From: a virus
Taxonomy: Duplodnaviria; Caudoviricetes
DNA length: 54,144 nt
IMG/VR virus record: IMGVR_UViG_3300036851_000065
Coordinates: 1-54,144 of that record
Direction: 5' to 3' (one strand)
Part shown: positions 1-6,555 of the stretch, in pieces
Layout of the letters: each line of letters begins with the position of its first letter
How positions within the stretch are numbered: the first letter of the stretch is position 1
Made by a program: the position numbers and the translations under genes
Notes under the pieces: model-generated
The model's input: only the letters and a program-made list of their open reading frames with translations
The model's database searches: none
What the model was told of the DNA's origin: nothing

Positions 1-26
1 AAATAAAAGAAAAATATAGATAATTT

Positions 27-101
27 GCTATAGTCATATAGGGGTTATTATACCGGCTTGCCATGTCGGATACGCGGGTTCGAATCCCGCCTGTAGCACC
101 A
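27..101 (+). tRNA. tRNA-Gly(GCC)
   Basis: Acceptor GCTATAG/CTGTAGC, anticodon arm CCGGC-TTGCCAT-GTCGG, GTTCGAATC T-loop, encoded CCA. Confidence 0.93.
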
Positions 102-104
102 AAC

Positions 105-134
105 TTGACAAACTGTACTATTACGGAGTATAGT
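105..134 (+). promoter_or_regulatory. Sigma70-type promoter
   Basis: TTGACA-18 bp-TATAGT just upstream of tRNA-Lys. Confidence 0.7.
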
Positions 135-141
135 TTACAGT

Positions 142-220
142 GGGCCTGTAACTCAGTCTGGTTTAGAGTGCCGTCCTTTTAAGTCGGAAGTCGTGGGTTC
201 GACTCCCACCGGGCTCACCA
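142..220 (+). tRNA. tRNA-Lys(UUU)
   Basis: GGGCCTG/CGGGCTC acceptor, loop CTTTTAA, GTTCGACTC, ACCA end. Confidence 0.93.
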
Positions 221-238
221 AATTACATAGGAGAACAA

Positions 239-892
239 ATGGTAAAGAAAACTGATAATGATATTTTAATTAATATTTTGCTGGATCGTTCAGGCTCAAT
301 GGGCGGCTATGAAAAAGATGTTATCGGGCATTTCAACGCATATATAGATGAACAAAAGGAACTACCCGGCAAGGCTACAGTATCCCTTGTCTTATTTGAT
401 GACAGGTATGAGCAGGTTTATCTTGGCAAGGATATTGCTGAGGTTCCAGCACTTACTAAGGATACATATTATGTACGAGGTAGTACCGCTTATTTAGATG
501 CATTGGGACGACTAGTTAAGTCAGTAGATGCTCTTACAAATAAGCCTAAGAAGGTTGTATTTGTAATCAATACTGATGGCTATGAGAACGCTAGTCGAGA
601 ATTTAATAGAACACAGATCAAAGAAATAATTACTGAGAGAACTAATAATCATGATTGGCAGTTCGTCTTTATCGGCGCTGGCATAGATGCATTTGAGTCT
701 GTTAAAGACCTAGGGTTTAATTTCCTTTCCGTCCACGCATCACCATCGAATGCTAATGGCGGTGTAGAAGATTCTTACAATAATCTAAGTAGATCAACTA
801 CGAATTATAGATCGGGCGTAACTGCTACAATGGATTTTACTAATCCTGATGATGACGAGGATAAGACAAAGAAAGTAACAACGGGCCGGTAA
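239..892 (+). CDS. von Willebrand factor A (vWA) domain protein
   Basis: MIDAS motif LLDRSGSM, RGST..LDALG, INTDGYENAS; AGGAG RBS. Confidence 0.9.
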   Translation: MVKKTDNDILINILLDRSGSMGGYEKDVIGHFNAYIDEQKELPGKATVSLVLFDDRYEQVYLGKDIAEVPALTKDTYYVRGSTAYLDALGRLVKSVDALTNKPKKVVFVINTDGYENASREFNRTQIKEIITERTNNHDWQFVFIGAGIDAFESVKDLGFNFLSVHASPSNANGGVEDSYNNLSRSTTNYRSGVTATMDFTNPDDDEDKTKKVTTGR

Positions 893-957
893 CTCAGAGG
901 CAGAGTGCCTGACTCTTAATCAGGTGGTCGGGATTTCGAAATTCCCTCGGCTCACCA
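883..957 (+). tRNA. tRNA-Lys(CUU)
   Basis: Anticodon arm CCTGA-CTCTTAA-TCAGG, TTCGAA T-loop, ACCA end; overlaps the vWA stop codon. Confidence 0.9.
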
Positions 958-987
958 AACATATTTAAAGCGTGTAAGGTGATTTAA

Positions 988-1104
988 ATGTCATACGAAC
1001 ATGAATGTGAATGCCTAGTTGAAGGGTGCAAATGCTTAAAATTAATCGTTTGTACTCCGGGCTCAGATTGGTGTGATGATTGTGATGAAGGAAATCACAC
1101 ATAG
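988..1104 (+). CDS. 38-aa Cys-rich peptide (MSYEHECECLVEGCKCLKLIVCTPGSDWCDDCDEGNHT)
   Basis: AAGGTGA RBS, ORF fills the gap between tRNAs, 7 Cys + 2 His. Confidence 0.6.
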   Translation: MSYEHECECLVEGCKCLKLIVCTPGSDWCDDCDEGNHT

Positions 1105-1177
1105 GAACGTCGTATAGTGGTTATTATTTCCGTCTCCAAAACGGACGACGAGGGTTCGACTCCCTCCGGTCCTGCCA
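1103..1177 (+). tRNA. tRNA-Trp(CCA)
   Basis: Arm TCCGT-CTCCAAA-ACGGA, GTTCGACTC, GCCA end. Confidence 0.9.
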
Positions 1178-1188
1178 AAATTTAGGGG

Positions 1189-2706
1189 TTGGTCTATGTG
1201 AAAAAGAGAATGAGTTTGCTTTTAGCAATTTTGTTAGCAGCAACCTCATTACTATCACCAGCAATTATCAGCGGTTCTATAGATACAAAAGAACCTGTAT
1301 ATGAAGTACAGGAAGCTGTTCCTGATCCATTAACTTGTGTGGGATACCCTGAACCTAGAGTTTGGATAGAGGAACAAGGTTGGTGGCAAGATTCTACAGG
1401 AGAAGCATTTCCCGGTAGACATGTTCACGTAGGAACATGTTGGCCTGTAGGAGCCATAACTGGAACATTTAGTACAACATTAAGGGTTATTCTGCACGCT
1501 CAACCAAGCGGTGCAAAAATAACTGGCGCAAGAATAAGTGAATGTGGAACATCGGGAAGTTGTTCAGGTAATCCGTGGCCTAATAGCGGCTCTCCACTTC
1601 CAAAATGGAATCCAATTGATTCAAATGGTGACATGGTACAGATGGTACCAATGTCATTCAATACTACGGGTTGGTCAACAGGCGGGCATGAAATGCGTTT
1701 GGCTGTTTTTGTTGATCAGCCAAGTGGAGCAAAACAGTTTGTATCAGGCGGTTGGCCTTTATTCGTAGGACAAGTAATACCGTTTAGTAGGGGCTATGTA
1801 GAGTCTCGTGGCTGGTACACAAAATTTGAATATATTAATGCTAGGTATCATTCAGGATTAGCCGCTCTTTTAAATCCGGTCCCTGAAACGTGGCGACCTG
1901 TTGTTGAATGCGCTAGACCGTCTGGACATGCTGCTATTACCTCGGCTTCGGCTCATGTTGATCCTAACATGCATGAGGGTAATAAAGGAATAATTTATCC
2001 TTTTGCAACAAGTGGAAAAGTAACCTTATCAATAAATACTACTGGATTGGCACAGGGGATTCATAGACTAGTTATAGTATGTGGAGCTAAGGCAAATCTA
2101 TCTTCAATAGCAAATGGCACAGATAGCGGGGTAATGAATATACCATTTAAAGTAGGAGGAACGCCAACACCTACTCCGACACCAACAATAACTCCTATTC
2201 CTACCGTAAATCCAACACCTACTCCCTCCGTTATACCAACTCCTACACCAACAGGAACGCCGGGAACAGGAAATACATTTATAGCTCTTGAAGATGCTAA
2301 AGTTAATGAACAATTTCCAGAATCAAATTATGGAAATATCACAGACCTTAGAGTATTAAATACTACACAGGATTATCAATCATATCTGAAATTCAATTCT
2401 ACCGTAGAGGAAGTTAGTTCAGCTAAAGTTAGATTATTTGTAACAGATTCTTCACCGTATAATACGCAGATATTTGTTACCTCAATGTTTAGCGAGTCTA
2501 CGCTAAGATGGTCTAATAAGCCACCACTAGGAGTTGGGCTAGGCACGGCAATTGGGTCAGTTGCAGGACAATGGATTGAGTATGATGTGAGTAGTGTTGT
2601 AAATGGCGCTGGAACATATTACTTTGTAGTTGCTGGTGGAGGTTCAAATAGTTTGTTCTTTAGTAGCTCAGAAGGTGCTAATCAACCACAGTTGGTTGTT
2701 AACTAA
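1189..2706 (+). CDS. Secreted protein with Pro/Thr linker and C-terminal DNRLRE/CBM96-like domain
   Basis: N-terminal signal peptide, (PT)n linker, C-terminal EDAKVNE..P.SNYG..L...SYLKF...SAKVRLFV...PQLVV pattern. Confidence 0.75.
   Translation: MVYVKKRMSLLLAILLAATSLLSPAIISGSIDTKEPVYEVQEAVPDPLTCVGYPEPRVWIEEQGWWQDSTGEAFPGRHVHVGTCWPVGAITGTFSTTLRVILHAQPSGAKITGARISECGTSGSCSGNPWPNSGSPLPKWNPIDSNGDMVQMVPMSFNTTGWSTGGHEMRLAVFVDQPSGAKQFVSGGWPLFVGQVIPFSRGYVESRGWYTKFEYINARYHSGLAALLNPVPETWRPVVECARPSGHAAITSASAHVDPNMHEGNKGIIYPFATSGKVTLSINTTGLAQGIHRLVIVCGAKANLSSIANGTDSGVMNIPFKVGGTPTPTPTPTITPIPTVNPTPTPSVIPTPTPTGTPGTGNTFIALEDAKVNEQFPESNYGNITDLRVLNTTQDYQSYLKFNSTVEEVSSAKVRLFVTDSSPYNTQIFVTSMFSESTLRWSNKPPLGVGLGTAIGSVAGQWIEYDVSSVVNGAGTYYFVVAGGGSNSLFFSSSEGANQPQLVVN
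2161..2270 (+). repeat. Pro-Thr coding tandem repeat (linker)
   Basis: TPTPTPTPTITPIPTVNPTPTPSVIPTPTPTGTPG. Confidence 0.85.
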
Positions 2707-2781
2707 CCCCCGTTCGTATAATGGATATTATGCCGGTCTGTCGAACCGAAGAAAGGAGTTCAATTCTCCTACGGGGGGCCA
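2707..2781 (+). tRNA. tRNA-Asp(GUC)
   Basis: CCCCCGT/ACGGGGG acceptor, loop CTGTCGA, GCCA end. Confidence 0.9.
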
Positions 2782-2790
2782 AATCTAAAA

Positions 2791-2866
2791 GTCGGAATGG
2801 TGTAGTTGGTCTGCACGTATGCGTGAAGCCCATAAGGTGTCAGTTCGATCCTGACTTCCGGCACCA
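2791..2866 (+). tRNA. tRNA-Phe(GAA), atypical anticodon loop
   Basis: GTCGGAA/TTCCGGC acceptor, loop GTGAAGC, GTTCGATC, ACCA end. Confidence 0.85.
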
Positions 2867-2881
2867 AATTAGGTGATGTAA

Positions 2882-3076
2882 TTGGCAAACTACAAAAGGA
2901 AGAAACCAAAAGAATATAGAATTTCTAGCTGTGGTAGAAAATCCTGTAAACAAGATGTTTACAAGGGTCGCGGAAATATTCGTGAACGCTATCTAAGTAA
3001 TTTTTGGAAAGATACAAAACTAGGTGACTATGCTCACCCTTGGAGATATAGAAGTGTCATAGAGATATCGTATTGA
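2882..3076 (+). CDS. Hypothetical basic protein
   Basis: AGGTGA RBS, TTG start, operon context. Confidence 0.5.
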   Translation: MANYKRKKPKEYRISSCGRKSCKQDVYKGRGNIRERYLSNFWKDTKLGDYAHPWRYRSVIEISY

Positions 3077-3092
3077 TGTTAACGGCTATAGA

Positions 3093-3281
3093 GTGAGACA
3101 ATGCAAAGAGGGTATTGAGACTCCTTGTATTCGTATCACAGAAGGTAAGGATATTTGGTATGCTAAATCTGTCCGTATTAACGGACCTTCAACGATTGCT
3201 CAGACGAATTTTGATCCCGAAGAACCTAACAAACCCTTTATTTGGATAGAGACTGATGGGCCTATTGATTGGATGAAGTAA
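3093..3281 (+). CDS. Hypothetical phage protein
   Basis: ORF with V.I.GPS...WIET pattern seen in small phage proteins. Confidence 0.55.
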   Translation: MRQCKEGIETPCIRITEGKDIWYAKSVRINGPSTIAQTNFDPEEPNKPFIWIETDGPIDWMK

Positions 3282-3287
3282 ACGAAT

Positions 3288-3539
3288 ATGATCGAAAAAA
3301 TTGTAACAGAGTCCGGGGCTAATTACACTATAGACTATGATAAAAAAACGTGGTTTAGATTGCCTAGTGAAAGATCAGCCGAGATACGCAGTGATTCAGG
3401 CGAATTCCTAAAGATAGATTTTCCGGTGGTTCAGGGGGACTCTAGACAGAGTATTAGACTATTTTGTCCCCCCTTTAATCCACCATTTTATAGGATTATT
3501 CTATCAACAGAGATAGTTAGTAGAGAAGTATTGAGTTAA
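3288..3539 (+). CDS. Hypothetical protein
   Basis: ORF in co-oriented operon. Confidence 0.55.
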   Translation: MIEKIVTESGANYTIDYDKKTWFRLPSERSAEIRSDSGEFLKIDFPVVQGDSRQSIRLFCPPFNPPFYRIILSTEIVSREVLS

Positions 3540-3547
3540 AGGCTTTA

Positions 3548-3623
3548 GGGCCGTTAGCTCAATGGTTAGAGCAGTTGTTTCTAAAACAATCGGTTATCGG
3601 TTCGAATCCGATACGGCCCTCCA
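3548..3623 (+). tRNA. Amber suppressor tRNA (anticodon CUA)
   Basis: Canonical 76-nt cloverleaf: GGGCCGT/ACGGCCC, D arm GCTC/GAGC, arm GTTGT-TTCTAAA-ACAAT, ATCGG-TTCGAAT-CCGAT, TCCA end. Confidence 0.9.
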
Positions 3624-3643
3624 AATAATAAGAAGATGAGAGA

Positions 3644-3850
3644 ATGAATAATGGAATGCCTTATGCGGTAATGTGTCCAGAAGGTGATGGGCACTGTTGG
3701 ATATTTGACGGCTACCTATCTGATAACAGAATGGGGGCTGAAAGATGGCTCAAATGGCATTTGTCAGATAAAAGAGAAGCCTGTTCCAGAGAATTAAAAG
3801 ACCATTACGTACTCTTAGTACTTGATCCATTTGAAATGCGTGGGCTATAA
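3644..3850 (+). CDS. Hypothetical protein
   Basis: ORF coupled to the next gene (TAATG). Confidence 0.55.
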   Translation: MNNGMPYAVMCPEGDGHCWIFDGYLSDNRMGAERWLKWHLSDKREACSRELKDHYVLLVLDPFEMRGL

Positions 3851-4275
3851 TGAATATTGACTTAGAAGATATCTTATTAGATAAACACCCGATTAGCTAT
3901 GTACGTGAAGGTAGTTGCTGTTACGGTGAAGATGTGGTTTGTCGCTGTGGGTGGGAGGGCAGCCCCTCTGATTATAGTACTCATCTTGTAGTTACTCTTG
4001 GATTTACTAGAACCGTTGTTGATAAGTGGAAGCAAAGATTAGGTCAATATGCTATGATAGACGATAGAGGCGAAGAAAACTTCTTAAATACCTATCGCGG
4101 AGAAGAAGATAAAACAACTCTTGGTTTATCTAAGAAGGAGTGGGAAGCTCTAGATAAGACTGAAAGAAAAGAAAGTAAAAAAGCTGGTAAGTTAGTACGC
4201 ACTGGTCCCTTTGCAGATGATCCTAGTAAGAAAAATAAGTGGGATTATATGTTTGAGGAACCACCTGAATTTTAA
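3850..4275 (+). CDS. Hypothetical protein with C.CGW...H Zn-binding motif
   Basis: H..CC..CRCGW....YSTH. Confidence 0.6.
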   Translation: MNIDLEDILLDKHPISYVREGSCCYGEDVVCRCGWEGSPSDYSTHLVVTLGFTRTVVDKWKQRLGQYAMIDDRGEENFLNTYRGEEDKTTLGLSKKEWEALDKTERKESKKAGKLVRTGPFADDPSKKNKWDYMFEEPPEF

Positions 4276-4280
4276 AATAT

Positions 4281-4355
4281 GGGGCGGTACCCGAGTATAA
4301 ATCAGGGACTTACTTGCAAGGTAAGAATAGGGGAGTGAAAATCTCTCCCGCCTCT
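4281..4355 (+). tRNA. tRNA-Cys(GCA), non-canonical T-loop
   Basis: GGGGCGG/CCGCCTC acceptor, arm CTTAC-TTGCAAG-GTAAG, U73, T-loop TGAAAAT. Confidence 0.8.
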
Positions 4356-4363
4356 CCCAATTT

Positions 4364-4439
4364 CAGCGGATAGACTAATTGGCTAAGTCATTGGTTTGTG
4401 ACACCATCAATGTCGGTTCGATCCCGGCTCCGCTGACCA
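4364..4439 (+). tRNA. tRNA-His(GUG), lacking G-1/C73
   Basis: CAGCGGA/TCCGCTG acceptor, loop TTGTGAC, ACCA end. Confidence 0.88.
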
Positions 4440-4441
4440 TT

Positions 4442-4517
4442 CCTCTCGTAGTATAAAGGTATAATACAATTGCCTGATAAGCAGTAAATGGCAGTTCGAT
4501 TCTGCCCGAGAGGACCA
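4442..4517 (+). tRNA. tRNA-Ile(GAU)
   Basis: CCTCTCG/CGAGAGG acceptor, arm ATTGC-CTGATAA-GCAGT, ACCA end. Confidence 0.92.
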
Positions 4518-4537
4518 ATTAAAATAGGAGGGGAAAA

Positions 4538-4645
4538 ATGCCTACAGATTGGAAGTCTTTACTTATCTTTATCATAGCAGTAGTTGTGGTAGTGTTTGCA
4601 ACCATTAAGATTTGGCCTGTTGTTATTGGTGGGCCACTAATTTAA
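4538..4645 (+). CDS. 35-aa single-TM membrane peptide
   Basis: AGGAGG RBS; MPTDWKSLLIFIIAVVVVVFATIKIWPVVIGGPLI. Confidence 0.65.
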   Translation: MPTDWKSLLIFIIAVVVVVFATIKIWPVVIGGPLI

Positions 4646-4655
4646 TCATTCCCCT

Positions 4656-5045
4656 GTGGATAGAAGAAGTTTGAATCGAAAAAAGAAAAACGAGATACAA
4701 CGAAACTGGTCTAATAATCGTAGGCAACAAGCCTTAGATATATTGGGCAACAAATGCGTTGTGTGTGGTTCTACTGAAAATCTAGAGTTTGATCATATAG
4801 ACCCCAAAAAGAAGTCCTTTGCGATTGGTGCTTGGGGATCACATTCTTGGGAAGAAATATTAAAAGAGTTAACTAAATGCCAGATACTTTGTAAGATAGA
4901 CCACAAAAAGAAAACAGAACCTAAACATGGCACATATAGTTGCTATAAGCATAGAAAATGTAAGTGTATTGCGTGTATAAACGCCAATACAGAATACATG
5001 AGAACGTACCGATTGGCTCGTAGACAAACTGGTAAAGTCGTCTGA
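4656..5045 (+). CDS. HNH homing endonuclease
   Basis: CVVCG..ENLEFDHIDP...KCQILC..DH plus C-terminal HG..Y..CKC..C motif. Confidence 0.9.
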   Translation: MDRRSLNRKKKNEIQRNWSNNRRQQALDILGNKCVVCGSTENLEFDHIDPKKKSFAIGAWGSHSWEEILKELTKCQILCKIDHKKKTEPKHGTYSCYKHRKCKCIACINANTEYMRTYRLARRQTGKVV

Positions 5046-5090
5046 TTCTGGATCAGGAGTTTGTAGGTTCGACTCCTACCGAGCCAGCCA
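5014..5090 (+). tRNA. tRNA-Gln(CUG)
   Basis: TGGCTCG/CGAGCCA acceptor (U1-A72, G73), loop TTCTGGA, CCA end. Confidence 0.92.
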
Positions 5091-5113
5091 ACTTAAAAAA
5101 GGTAGTGGAGTAA

Positions 5114-5371
5114 TTGGATAGAAGAACCAAAAGACAAAAATTACAAGACATGGCTAATCAAACCGAGTCTCCACACGAAGCTGATATAGCACGAAGAATG
5201 TTAAAAGACCTACCACCAGAAGAGAATTTTTCCGGTCCCCTGTACTATAATGGTATTAAGGTAGGAGAGGCGTTCAACGTTCGGTTCACATTGAACTTTG
5301 ATCCCGGTGTTGGCGTCTATGACTTTGTGAAACAAGAATGGAACTGGACCAAACCTTCGGGAACTAAATAA
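5114..5371 (+). CDS. DUF2786-like small protein
   Basis: KLQDMA..TESPHEADIARRML resembles the DUF2786 helical hairpin. Confidence 0.5.
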   Translation: MDRRTKRQKLQDMANQTESPHEADIARRMLKDLPPEENFSGPLYYNGIKVGEAFNVRFTLNFDPGVGVYDFVKQEWNWTKPSGTK

Positions 5372-5448
5372 CCGCCTGTAGCTCAATAGGATAGAGTATG
5401 AGGTTTCGACCCTCAGGGCTGCACGTTCGAATCGTGTCAGGCGGGCCA
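5372..5448 (+). tRNA. tRNA-Arg(UCG)
   Basis: CCGCCTG/CAGGCGG acceptor, arm TGAGG-TTTCGAC-CCTCA, GCCA end. Confidence 0.92.
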
Positions 5449-5461
5449 AATTAATAAAACC

Positions 5462-5537
5462 CCCTGTCTCCCTGAAACCTGCTATATGTAGGTGTAAACT
5501 CGGATAAGTTCAGCAGGGCGGGCTAAATAAAGGGAGA
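5462..5537 (+). ncRNA. Candidate pseudoknotted structured RNA
   Basis: CCCTG/CAGGG, CTGAA/TTCAG, ACCTGC/GTAGGT and crossing TCTCC(CT)/(AG)GGAGA pairings. Confidence 0.4.
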
Positions 5538-5562
5538 AGAATAAGCTCAGGAGTTGATATGA

Positions 5563-5685
5563 ATGCCTCTCAAATCAAAGGCACAAAGAGCGTGGATGCA
5601 CATAAATAAACCCGAAATGGCAAAACGTTGGGAGAAAGAAACTCCTAAAGGAAAAAGACTTCCAAACAAAGTTAAGAAGAAATAG
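5563..5685 (+). CDS. 40-aa basic phage protein (MPLKSKAQRAWMH...)
   Basis: AGGAG RBS; resembles a small MP.KS.AQR.WM phage protein type (from recall). Confidence 0.7.
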   Translation: MPLKSKAQRAWMHINKPEMAKRWEKETPKGKRLPNKVKKK

Positions 5686-5740
5686 AACGTACTTTGCCCC
5701 ATTTTCGTTGATTTTGGGTGTTATAATAATGAAATAGTCT

Positions 5741-5824
5741 GGACTAGTTGAACAGGTGGTGGGTTCGCTTGACTGTAGATCAGGTGCTTTGGCCATGGGG
5801 GTTCGATTCCCTTCTAGTCCACCA
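5741..5824 (+). tRNA. tRNA-Tyr(GUA)
   Basis: GGACTAG/CTAGTCC acceptor, loop CTGTAGA, long variable arm, ACCA end. Confidence 0.9.
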
Positions 5825-5836
5825 ATTAAAAATAAA

Positions 5837-5882
5837 CGGGTCGCAGTATTGGTTCAATTGCTCTGTCAATTGTTCGGCCCGA
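5837..5882 (+). pseudogene. tRNA-Pro-like acceptor-stem mini-helix
   Basis: 7-bp CGGGTCG/CGGCCCG + A, internal CAATTG/CAATTG hairpin, no anticodon or T arm. Confidence 0.45.
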
Positions 5883-5885
5883 CAT

Positions 5886-5958
5886 GCCGATGTAGTATAA
5901 CGGTTTATTACCGCTGTTTTGTACTCAGCAGATGGGGGTTCGATTCCTCTCACCGGCT
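5886..5958 (+). tRNA. tRNA-Thr(UGU), CCA not encoded in place
   Basis: GCCGATG/CACCGGC acceptor, loop TTTGTAC, GTTCGATTC. Confidence 0.88.
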
Positions 5959-5983
5959 CATCAAAGATTCTAAGGAGTCAACG

Positions 5984-6442
5984 ATGGAAACATCAAACCA
6001 GAAAAAGAATAGACTACTAGGAGAGCCTTATGGAACAGCTACCTCTCGTTTGAGAAAAATGCTTTTGTTCGATATGGCGAGACGGCTTAAAGAGGATATT
6101 TGTTTTAGATGCGGTAAAATTATACAGACTCTAGAAGAATTCTCTATTGAGCATACAATCCCTTGGCAGGGAACAGAGAATCCAAAAGAAGCTTTCTTTG
6201 ATATAGAGAAGATTGCGTTCTCTCATTTAGTTTGTAACTCCGGTGCTGGTTTAAGATATACGGGAATAAAGGATACTACGCTCCACGGTAATTCTCGTTA
6301 TGATAAAGGGTGTAGATGTGCTGAATGTACTAAAGCACATTCTGAGAAAGGTAAGCGTTGGAAGCGTGAAGTCAATTATCGTAATATAAATAAATCTGTT
6401 TGTGATTTTCTTCCTCCGTGTCCTCATTCATATCATCATTAA
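5984..6442 (+). CDS. HNH endonuclease
   Basis: AAGGAG RBS before ATG 5984; CFRCG...SIEH.IPW...SHLVCN, C-terminal HG..Y..GCRC..C. Confidence 0.85.
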   Translation: METSNQKKNRLLGEPYGTATSRLRKMLLFDMARRLKEDICFRCGKIIQTLEEFSIEHTIPWQGTENPKEAFFDIEKIAFSHLVCNSGAGLRYTGIKDTTLHGNSRYDKGCRCAECTKAHSEKGKRWKREVNYRNINKSVCDFLPPCPHSYHH

Positions 6443-6474
6443 TCACCGGCCCCATTAAAATTTATTCGTTGCGT

Positions 6475-6550
6475 TGCGGGGTGGAGCAGTGGTTAGCTTG
6501 CTAGTCTCATAAGCTAGAGGTCGTAGGTTCGAATCCTACCCCCGCTCCCA
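6475..6550 (+). tRNA. tRNA-Met(CAU), initiator-like body
   Basis: TGCGGGGTGGAGCAG 5' end with 1:72 mismatch, loop CTCATAA; lacks the 3 G-C anticodon-stem pairs. Confidence 0.88.
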
Positions 6551-6555
6551 ATTCT

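Noticed and set aside
3548-3623. tRNA-Pyl / pyrrolysine system
   Set aside because: Canonical cloverleaf with a 5-bp anticodon stem and U73; no pylS or pylBCD genes in the window.
5756-5983. N-terminal extension of the 228-aa ORF
   Set aside because: It runs through tRNA-Tyr and tRNA-Thr; the likely start is ATG 5984 after AAGGAG.
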